Origin: a bacterium UBP15_UBA6099
GTDB lineage: Bacteria; UBP15; UBA6099
Length of the DNA: 64,000 bases
Direction: 5' to 3'
NCBI GenBank assembly: GCA_002435745.1
Contig: DIWT01000004.1
Span: forward strand, 19,096-83,095
The position numbers and the translations under genes were made by a program. Position 1 is the stretch's first letter; each line of letters starts with the position of its first letter. The notes under the pieces are model-generated. The model searched no databases and had not been told where the DNA came from. It was given only the letters and a program-made list of their open reading frames with translations. Shown piece by piece: positions 8,169 to 15,913 of this stretch.

Positions 8169-8750
8169 ATGGGGAGTGTAGTTTTGAAAAAATATTCTAA
8201 AGAAAAATATGGCAATACGTTGCTTCAAATCGAAGTGTTTATACCAAAGAGATTGACAAATCTAGGTAAGCTTGTCGAACTTCTTGAAAACATGCTTGAT
8301 TTCAGAAGAGCGAAAGAAGATCTGATTTGTCGAGCAAATGAAATATTTGAGCAGACAGAATGGGGCAATGAAGGAATAAAGAATATAAAACAGGCTAAAA
8401 ATAGAATTAAACAGATAGAAAAATGCATTCATGGATATTCTATTTATGAGGTTGACGGGGCTTTCGAGACTTCATGCGACATGAAGACCAGCAAAATAAG
8501 AAAATCGGATGTGAGGATTTGTGAAGAAAGAACAATGGTTGTTAGAATGCTTGCATACGCCGATCCAACCGAGGAGGAAAAGAAGGATAACGTTGATTTT
8601 TTCAATACGAGAAGCGTTGTCGACGCGCTTTTAGTTGCAAATGAATATTTGGCATTTAAGATCGCAAGCGATGTTGCTGAGGAGGATGAGATTTGGGTAA
8701 CAGCAAGTAAAGTATGGTCAAGTATCTGGAAAAAACATAGCGATGACTAA
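8169..8750 (+). CDS. Hypothetical protein (193 aa), first gene of the AT-rich island
   Basis: This is the only long ORF in the interval, and its codon usage matches the island. No motif recognised. An alternative TTG start at 8184 lies 7 nt after GGGGAG. Confidence 0.55.
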   Translation: MGSVVLKKYSKEKYGNTLLQIEVFIPKRLTNLGKLVELLENMLDFRRAKEDLICRANEIFEQTEWGNEGIKNIKQAKNRIKQIEKCIHGYSIYEVDGAFETSCDMKTSKIRKSDVRICEERTMVVRMLAYADPTEEEKKDNVDFFNTRSVVDALLVANEYLAFKIASDVAEEDEIWVTASKVWSSIWKKHSDD

Positions 8751-8931
8751 AATACTGGAGATTGGAGAGTATGACATAAATTGAATAGTGGGCGGCGCAT
8801 GGCTGATTTCACAATGGATTTAGTATCATTCGGAATAATTTAAAGACATTGACAAAGAATCGATTAATGTCTTAAATTTTAAGACAGAATAAATGTATGA
8901 AAAATGAAATATAATATAATGGGGGGCTAAA

Positions 8932-9078
8932 ATGTTTGAGGACGATAAGGGATTGATTAACAATAATGAAATCGAAAATGATACACTGGAATTGGAATGG
9001 GAAGTTGCTGTTCCAGTTGATAGGTCAAGAGTAAGCCACATGTATTGTTTTAAAAACTGTTCCGTTAACTCTAATTAG
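8932..9078 (+). CDS. Candidate RiPP precursor peptide (48 aa), not in the supplied ORF track
   Basis: The ATG is preceded by GGGGGG with a 5-nt spacer. Translation: MFEDDKGLINNNEIENDTLELEWEVAVPVDRSRVSHMYCFKNCSVNSN. It has an acidic N-terminal half and a C-terminal CxxxC. It sits 111 nt upstream of the RRE-rSAM-SPASM gene on the same strand. Confidence 0.55.
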   Translation: MFEDDKGLINNNEIENDTLELEWEVAVPVDRSRVSHMYCFKNCSVNSN

Positions 9079-9189
9079 AATGGTTAGGGAGAACATCAAA
9101 CTGAAATCTTCTTGAAGGAGTGATATACTTTTTTCGAATTTAAATATGAAGGAAAAGAAGTAGCAAAACAGACAGTTAGAACAACTTTA

Positions 9190-10503
9190 TTGTTACATCA
9201 CTCTTATGCTGTTCCTCAAAATGTATCAGTTGTTAGAAAAGACGATGTTATTTTGGTAATTAATCCACAAACAGCTAATTGGCTGGTGCTAAACGATATT
9301 GAATTAGAAGTATATTTTTTGCTCGCAGAAGGAATAACAATAAAAAAGGTCATAGAGAAGATTTCTAAAAAAAGCAACTGTAATCAACATGCCTCTTCAA
9401 TTGTCAAAAGATTTCTTGCTCAATCGGAAGCTAAACAATTCAACAAAACTGTTGGGACTGTGTTCGCAGATTCATTTGGGATGTATGTTTTTCTAACATT
9501 TGACTGCAATCTGAAGTGTAGTCACTGTTTTCTATACGATAAACCACGACTCGGAGATCCTCTTGAAATTGAACAATGGAAAAGAATACTCATTGATTTT
9601 CAGCTTGCCGGAGGAGAAAAGATAACATTATCTGGAGGGGAACCGACACTTTTTGATTCCTTTGCAGATATCCTTGTTTTTGCACATGGCATTGGATTGA
9701 AAGTGACATTATTGACAAATGGCATGATTTTGCATTCGGAACTACTAGAATTATATTCTAACAATGTAGATGAACTCCAGATTAGCCTCGATGGACCGGA
9801 AGAGATTAGTCACGAGATGATAAGGGGAAAGGGAACTTACTTTAAGACATACTCAAACATAAAAAAAGCGTTAGACAAGGGCGTTATGGTTACTATTGCC
9901 ATGACGCCAACTTTTGAGACATTTCCATTTTTCGAAGAGCATTTTGTTCGATTTGCGAAATCTTTACTTAATGAATACTCAAATGTAAATGTTAAATTGA
10001 CACAAAAGCTTCTTCGATCAAAAATGTCGATTTATTCGGATACGGATATGAATAAATATTACGCAAAAGGAAATAGACTGATTAATAATCTTTATGAGGA
10101 TTATTCCATCAATGCGTTTTATTTAGACCACCCTGTGAATACAATACGACGCAATTGTGGTTATGGCGAGATATCAGTTATTCCAGACGGAACCGTGTAT
10201 TTATGTAGTAGGATTTGTGATTTGAAACCAGTTGCAAATTTAAAGGAATTAAAAATGGTAAACGTGATACAAATTGCACGAGAGGAGAAAGAGAGGGCTT
10301 CAGTGGAGAATATCATCCCATGTCAGCATTGTTGTTTAAGGTATATCTGTTCTGGTGGTTGCAGAATAGACGACATCCCTGATTTTTGTAATGGACAATT
10401 GACTGTAGATTGTCCTGAAGAAAGGAAGCAACAAATATTTGACATGATGATAGAATCAAACAATATGTATTTCAATATAGAGTATAAACCAAATAATGAA
10501 TGA
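9190..10503 (+). CDS. Radical SAM/SPASM peptide-maturase-like enzyme with a PqqD-like (RRE) N-terminal domain
   Basis: CxxxCxxC motif (FDCNLKCSHCF) and GGEPTL. C-terminal auxiliary-cluster cysteines are present (CGYGEISVIPDGTVYLC...PCQHCCLRYICSGGC). The N-terminal ~90 aa fit the PqqD/RRE pattern (VILVINPQTANWLVLNDIELEVYFLL..GITIKKVIEKI). The start is TTG; there is no in-frame ATG upstream. Confidence 0.8.
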   Translation: MLHHSYAVPQNVSVVRKDDVILVINPQTANWLVLNDIELEVYFLLAEGITIKKVIEKISKKSNCNQHASSIVKRFLAQSEAKQFNKTVGTVFADSFGMYVFLTFDCNLKCSHCFLYDKPRLGDPLEIEQWKRILIDFQLAGGEKITLSGGEPTLFDSFADILVFAHGIGLKVTLLTNGMILHSELLELYSNNVDELQISLDGPEEISHEMIRGKGTYFKTYSNIKKALDKGVMVTIAMTPTFETFPFFEEHFVRFAKSLLNEYSNVNVKLTQKLLRSKMSIYSDTDMNKYYAKGNRLINNLYEDYSINAFYLDHPVNTIRRNCGYGEISVIPDGTVYLCSRICDLKPVANLKELKMVNVIQIAREEKERASVENIIPCQHCCLRYICSGGCRIDDIPDFCNGQLTVDCPEERKQQIFDMMIESNNMYFNIEYKPNNE

Positions 10504-12898
10504 AGAACATAAACATAAAAGCATATTAATTATATTTATAAATTGGGCTCATCAGCCTAGGATCAGGATAGTCCAGCGAACATATGCTGCTAGAAACAGC
10601 CCCTCTCCCAATGCAATAAAAGATATTGATCATATCAATCCATCATTGATTGCGCAATTTCCTGACGATCTTGACAAAAAGTTGTTGGGTTGGCTGATGG
10701 TGCCTCACAAAGCATTGCTTCCAGACCCGGTCAGGGTCAATGATATACCTGTTGGAATAATCAATGAATACATAAAGCGCAAGCGTGCCTATTATTCTCC
10801 TTCAGGAAAAAACAAATCCTTAAAAAGAATATATTCTGTAGATATTGACATCCCTAATGTTGGTGTATATTCTTGGAGTATCAATGAACGAAATCTAATT
10901 TTGAGTAGTAGTTTTATTGGCGACGATATGGTTATCATTGAGAAACATCCTATTATGATAATCTCAAGAACAGAAAACAATAATTATGTTGGTATTCCAT
11001 ACGCAAGGGTAAAACACAACGATGGTTATGTGCCTTTGTTTTCTTTTAGTAAGGAAGCGACATTAACACTGCTAAGTCAATTAATTAAATGTGCAAGATC
11101 AGAAGATTATCTTTTGTGGTATTTTCCTGACAACATGTATGAATTGTCATTATCGATTGAAACACTTATAAACGATGGTTGGGATATCGAATATGATGAC
11201 AAGAAAAGAGTTGTAAAAACGACTCGATGGAATATGAAAGCAAATGATAAAACCGATTGGTTTGAAATTGATGGAGTTGCTCAATATAATGACAGCACAT
11301 TGTCTATATCAGAAATGCTTGCGGCATTGAGAAAGAGGTCGGCTTTTGTTGCGTTAGAATCAGGGGGTATAGCGGTTCTTCCTTCAGATTGGATAAAAAA
11401 TATTATTCCAATGGAACCATATCTCTCTGCAAATATGAGAATATCCAGATCATTCGTTGGATTAATAAGTGCGTCAACAAGCATCAATTCAGAGAATAGT
11501 ATTAGTTACAAAATAGCAAGAAAACTTATCTCAGCGCAAAACAATTATGAACCGGTATTATGGGATGGTAAATGTCTGAAACCATATCAGAATTGTGCTG
11601 TAAATTGGCTTAATGAAGCATATAAACAAAACATTGGATGTCTTCTTGCGGATGAAATGGGATTGGGTAAAACCATTGTTACTCTTGCTCACCTGTCTTT
11701 ATTTAAGGGAGATCATCTTATAGTAGCTCCAGCTTCAATCATATCTAATTGGATTCATGAAATTGAAGTAAATTTACCTAACGCAATGTGGTCTCTATGG
11801 GGATCAAAAGAAGAACAATCTGATTCTTCAAGAACCAGCATATATTTAATGAGCTATCAAACCATGCTTAGAAACATAGATGCGATAACTATGAAGCGTT
11901 ATATGGTAGCAGTATTCGACGAATCACAGTATTTAAAAAACTCATTTTCGATGACGGCGAATGCAGCAAGGAAAGTTAAATGCAATCAAGCTATCGCATT
12001 AACAGGAACACCAATTGAGAATAATGTATCGGAGTTGTGGAGTCATTTGAACCTTGTTGCGCCGAATTGGCACAATAATCGAAGGAATTTTGAGACTATT
12101 TGTAGCGAAGCAACCAAGAGTGATGCCTCGTTGATTCATCTTAGAAAAGCTTTGTCTCCATTTATATTGAGAAGAACTAGAAGTGATGTTTTAAAAGATT
12201 TACCTGATTTGAATATCGAGATAATAAGATGTGAGTTGAGTGAAGACCATCTAAAGCTCTACAAAAAATGGATGATATCAGCAAGAAAGGCTTTTTCTGA
12301 CCCTGAGCATAGAACAAGAAAAAAAGGTGCGGTGTTAGAAGTGTTGTTAAGATTGAGGCAAATCTGTTGTGACCCGCTTTTGATAACACAAGACTATGAT
12401 GGTGATGTTGTTGTGTCAGGAAAAACTGAAGCAATATTAAATGCTATTATTGTGATTTCTGAATATGACAAATTATTAGTGTTTTCACAGTTTTCATCAT
12501 ATTTGGAGTTATTAAAAACCTTACTAGATAAGCATTTTGTGAATAATTTACTATTGATCGGAACTACTGGCAACAGAGATGATGTGATAAAAGAATTTAA
12601 AGAATCAGAAAACACAAATGTATTATTAGCAAGTCTTAAAGTTGGAGGCGTCGGATTGAACTTAATAGAAGCTGCTAACGTAGTATTATGTGATCCATGG
12701 TGGAATCCTGCTGCAGAGATGCAAGCATGGTCAAGAGCATATAGAATGGGGCAAAAGAAAAATGTAAATGTTATAAAATTTGTGTGTAAAAACACTATAG
12801 AAGAACGCATATTGGAGCTTCAAGAAAAAAAAGCTACACTGAATCAATTTGTGCCAGAAAAAATATCAAGCAAAGAAATTATTGAATTATTGAAATAA
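10496..12898 (+). CDS. SNF2-family ATPase/helicase (800 aa) with an uncharacterised ~350-aa N-terminal region
   Basis: SNF2_N motifs (LKPYQ, LLADEMGLGKT, DESQYLKN, ALTGTPIENN) and helicase-C motifs (SLKVGGVGLNL, DPWWNPAAEMQAWSRAYRMGQ). The ATG overlaps the rSAM stop by 8 nt (ATGAATGA). Confidence 0.9.
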   Translation: MNEEHKHKSILIIFINWAHQPRIRIVQRTYAARNSPSPNAIKDIDHINPSLIAQFPDDLDKKLLGWLMVPHKALLPDPVRVNDIPVGIINEYIKRKRAYYSPSGKNKSLKRIYSVDIDIPNVGVYSWSINERNLILSSSFIGDDMVIIEKHPIMIISRTENNNYVGIPYARVKHNDGYVPLFSFSKEATLTLLSQLIKCARSEDYLLWYFPDNMYELSLSIETLINDGWDIEYDDKKRVVKTTRWNMKANDKTDWFEIDGVAQYNDSTLSISEMLAALRKRSAFVALESGGIAVLPSDWIKNIIPMEPYLSANMRISRSFVGLISASTSINSENSISYKIARKLISAQNNYEPVLWDGKCLKPYQNCAVNWLNEAYKQNIGCLLADEMGLGKTIVTLAHLSLFKGDHLIVAPASIISNWIHEIEVNLPNAMWSLWGSKEEQSDSSRTSIYLMSYQTMLRNIDAITMKRYMVAVFDESQYLKNSFSMTANAARKVKCNQAIALTGTPIENNVSELWSHLNLVAPNWHNNRRNFETICSEATKSDASLIHLRKALSPFILRRTRSDVLKDLPDLNIEIIRCELSEDHLKLYKKWMISARKAFSDPEHRTRKKGAVLEVLLRLRQICCDPLLITQDYDGDVVVSGKTEAILNAIIVISEYDKLLVFSQFSSYLELLKTLLDKHFVNNLLLIGTTGNRDDVIKEFKESENTNVLLASLKVGGVGLNLIEAANVVLCDPWWNPAAEMQAWSRAYRMGQKKNVNVIKFVCKNTIEERILELQEKKATLNQFVPEKISSKEIIELLK

Positions 12899-12899
12899 A

Positions 12900-13475
12900 T
12901 CATAGCGGTTTGTGCCAGTTTTTGTATATGCCGCCGTAAGCGCCGGTGTCGTAGAGGTGGGCGATGACGAGGGCGACGGCGTTTTTGAATCCGGCGTCGC
13001 CGGAGATTGCGAAAGCGAGCGGGCCTGTAGCAGCGGAATAGTAATAGACTACGGACGCATGGGCGTTGTTCGGGACGGATGGGGCGGATATGACCGCCGC
13101 CGGGTCGCCGGGGAGCACGATATTGATTTTTGCTCCGAGAGCTGACGCGATGAATTTTAGCAGGTCGGGTTCGAAGCCGCGCGCGACGCCGTATTCATCC
13201 CTGAAGCACATGGGAGGGCGTTCGCAGTCCACCGCCGCGGCGATGATGCCGGAAGCGCGAGCGGCGCGCAACGTCTCGGAGTCCCCTGCGGCCAGTTCGA
13301 CATCCGCTGCGAGAACGCTTTGCACGGGGTCTCTGGCGGTGGCGGCGGGAACGGTTTCCGAGGGGACGGCGGACGGATCTTGACCCCGGGGGCATCCGGA
13401 AATCAGGACGGCAACTGCCGCCATAACCGCCAGCGCCGACGCGCGTTTCAACCTGTTGTGTTTCGGTTCTATCAT
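12900..13475 (-). CDS. Lipoprotein with a short solute-binding-protein-like domain
   Basis: Signal peptide with lipobox (VLISGC). It resembles SBP_bac_3 (GFEPDLLKFIASALG), though the domain is short. Confidence 0.55.
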   Translation of the reverse strand: MIEPKHNRLKRASALAVMAAVAVLISGCPRGQDPSAVPSETVPAATARDPVQSVLAADVELAAGDSETLRAARASGIIAAAVDCERPPMCFRDEYGVARGFEPDLLKFIASALGAKINIVLPGDPAAVISAPSVPNNAHASVVYYYSAATGPLAFAISGDAGFKNAVALVIAHLYDTGAYGGIYKNWHKPL

Positions 13476-13481
13476 ATCTTT

Positions 13482-14696
13482 TTACGGTTTTAATCCGTCG
13501 ATGATTTCCCTGAACTCGCGCAAGGAGCGGAGCGAGGCGAAATCGGCGTCCGTGCGCGCGGGCAGGTGGAAGGTTGCTGCGTCAAGTTCGAGCGAGCGGC
13601 GCAGGGCCGCGAGGGCCTCGTCGCGCTTGCCGGACACCGCCGCCGCCGCAGCCAGCGAGTACCACACCGACGCCCTGTGCGGAGCCAGCGCCAGCGCCGC
13701 CCGGTAGTTCTTTATAGCCTGCTCGTAGTCCCCTTTTTCGTTGTAGAGCATTCCGAGCATCAGGAGCGTTTCGAGCGAGCCGGGGTCGAGGGATTTTGCC
13801 CGCTCGAACGATTTAAGCGCCGACTGCGAGTCCGCTTTCAGGTAGTATGTGAACCCCAGCCAGTATTGAGCGCCCGCGTCCCCGCCTCTGGCCGACGCCA
13901 CCTTTTCGAGCCGCTCGACCGCCCGGTTGAAGTCGAACTGCCGGGTGGTGAAGTACCTGCCGAGATAGTAGTGGATGTCGCGCGCGTCCGGCTCCACCTT
14001 CAAGGCCCTGTCGAAATCGGACAGACCGGCTTCGGTCTTCTGCGAGTTGATGTTCATTATGCCGCGCCCGAAGTGCCTGAACGCGTCTTTGTTTCGGATG
14101 ACGCGCTGTGCTGCCCAGAAACCCGCAGGGGCCTTGATGGGCAGTTCGGACATCACGCCGTCAAAGATTTTCTTCTGGTATTCCGAGACGTTGGCGATTG
14201 ATGATTTGAAGTTGATGCGGGAGGTTCGCGCGGAGTCGCCGGGGGGCATGTACAGCACTCTGAACTCCGAGTTCATCGGGCCGGAGGAGAGCCGCCAGTG
14301 ACGGCCCATGACTACTAGGTCGGCGTTGGACATCCTGCCGAACTCCTTCGCGGCGGGTTTGTCTTGGTTCCATAGTTTGCGGATGTCGGCGGCGCGCAGA
14401 TACGTTTCGATGTCCGATTCCGGAACGACGCCCGCGCCCGGCAACGATTCGATTCTATATGCCAGCGAGGTGTTTATCGCGCTCGTCAGGGCGGTGTCGT
14501 CTGCGGAGAGCTTTTCCGAATAGTCAATGACCGCCACAGTGCGGTAAGTTTCAGCAGCTTTCGTCGCGGCCCCGGCGAGCACAGCGGCCGCGAAGCACAG
14601 GCAGGCTACCCGCCTCCGGAACCGCGTCGCGCGGCTGCCCGGAGCGCGCGCTCCTCGCGCGGACATCTCTTTATCTATATGCTCAGCAAAGATCAT
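13482..14696 (-). CDS. TPR-repeat protein (secreted or membrane-anchored)
   Basis: N-terminal hydrophobic segment. The C-terminal half has repeated TPR-like units (YYLGRYF, YWLGFTYYLKADSQSALKSFERA, LGMLYNEKGDYEQAIKNYRAAL). Confidence 0.75.
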   Translation of the reverse strand: MIFAEHIDKEMSARGARAPGSRATRFRRRVACLCFAAAVLAGAATKAAETYRTVAVIDYSEKLSADDTALTSAINTSLAYRIESLPGAGVVPESDIETYLRAADIRKLWNQDKPAAKEFGRMSNADLVVMGRHWRLSSGPMNSEFRVLYMPPGDSARTSRINFKSSIANVSEYQKKIFDGVMSELPIKAPAGFWAAQRVIRNKDAFRHFGRGIMNINSQKTEAGLSDFDRALKVEPDARDIHYYLGRYFTTRQFDFNRAVERLEKVASARGGDAGAQYWLGFTYYLKADSQSALKSFERAKSLDPGSLETLLMLGMLYNEKGDYEQAIKNYRAALALAPHRASVWYSLAAAAAVSGKRDEALAALRRSLELDAATFHLPARTDADFASLRSLREFREIIDGLKP

Positions 14697-14812
14697 AGGC
14701 GACCGGCCGGGCGCCGCCCGGCGTTGGCAACATTATATAAATTATCGCGCCGTATCGGATAAATGGCAACCTGAGCGGAGCGGGGCTGCGCGCTGCCTTC
14801 GGTTCGCGGGCG

Positions 14813-15646
14813 TCACACAGCCGTTTTCTCAAGCCGCTTGATTCTCTCCGCTATCGGCGGGTGGGTGGAGAACAGCCCCGCCAGCGCGCCGCCTCCGAAC
14901 GGGTTGACTATGAACATGTGCGCCGTCGCGCTGTTGCCGCCTCTTATCGGATGCCGCTTTGAGACCGCTTCGAGCTTCGCCAGCGCGGTGGCCAGCCCGC
15001 GCGGATTTCTTGTCAACCGCGCCGCCGCGTCGTCCGCCATGTACTCCCTCGATCTGGATATCGCCATTTGAATAAGCATCGCGGCTATGGGCGCGAACAC
15101 TGCCGTCGCAATGAGCGTGACGACGTTGCCCCTGTTGTCCCTGCCGCCGAATATGGCGGCCCAGCGCGCCATCGAGGCCAGCATCATTATCGCCCCCGCC
15201 ATCGCCGCCGCCAGACATGATATCAGCGTGTCCCGATTCTTTATGTGGCCTATCTCGTGGGCGATGACCCCTTCGACCTCCGCCTCGTCCAGAATGTCCA
15301 GCAGTCCCTGAGTGACCGCCACCACTCCGTTCGCCGGATTCCGCCCTGTGGCGAACGCGTTCGGAACTGGCATCGGAACCAGATACACTCGGGGCGCGGG
15401 GATGCCCGCCGCCGCCGACAGCTTCGCCACCATCGCGTTGATGCGCGGCGCGGCCTCCGGCGGCAGTTCCTTCGCGCGATACATCGCCAACACTATCCTG
15501 TCGCTGAACCAGTACATCGAAAAATTCATCGCGAGAGCCGCCACGAAAGCGAACGCCATTCCTGCCTCTCCGCCCATCAGACCCCCGACAAGCAGAAAGA
15601 ATCCGAACAGCGCCCCCATTAGAAATGTTGTTTTCAACGTGTTCAT
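14813..15646 (-). CDS. htpX: Zinc metalloprotease HtpX
   Basis: HEIGH zinc motif, four hydrophobic segments, the conserved C-terminus STHPPIAERI, and a length of 277 aa. Confidence 0.9.
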   Translation of the reverse strand: MNTLKTTFLMGALFGFFLLVGGLMGGEAGMAFAFVAALAMNFSMYWFSDRIVLAMYRAKELPPEAAPRINAMVAKLSAAAGIPAPRVYLVPMPVPNAFATGRNPANGVVAVTQGLLDILDEAEVEGVIAHEIGHIKNRDTLISCLAAAMAGAIMMLASMARWAAIFGGRDNRGNVVTLIATAVFAPIAAMLIQMAISRSREYMADDAAARLTRNPRGLATALAKLEAVSKRHPIRGGNSATAHMFIVNPFGGGALAGLFSTHPPIAERIKRLEKTAV

Positions 15647-15913
15647 ATCTTCTTCTCCTTAACTAACAATCGCGCCGACCTGATTTCCGCGCGTTGCAAC
15701 CAAACGAGCGCGCTAATTAATACTAATGAAAAACTCTCCGGCCAACAACACGCGTCGCGGCAAACAACCGTCCGCGCCTCTCGCCTCGGCTCATCCAGCG
15801 TTTATGCTCAAACGTTTTTAATGGTATGCAGCAGTTTGTGTTGACGCGTGATTTAAGTGAAGAGCGGGAGAAACATTCAGTCAGGCATATCGAACGAAAG
15901 TTCTTATCTAAAC

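Larger units (their letters stand above)
7980..12899. other. Very AT-rich putative horizontally acquired island
   Basis: Composition shifts abruptly. Sampled 60-nt lines give 25-47% G+C, against about 60-65% in both flanks. All four ORFs inside are on the + strand. No integrase or flanking direct repeats were seen. Confidence 0.75.

Noticed and set aside
8826-9041. A 71-aa minus-strand ORF from the track, lying between the orphan gene and the rSAM gene.
   Set aside because: It is antisense to the 48-aa plus-strand ORF, which has a strong SD and the expected position for a precursor peptide. The minus-strand translation (Ser/Leu/Ile-rich, no SD) looks like an AT-rich shadow.
12900-13475. The possibility that the AT-rich island truncated the adjacent lipoprotein gene, since the stop codons are 1 nt apart.
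   Set aside because: The protein retains a normal-looking SBP-type C-terminus (...LYDTGAYGGIYKNWHKPL) and GC-rich codons right up to its stop, so I see no sign of truncation. The tight junction is noted under the island finding instead.
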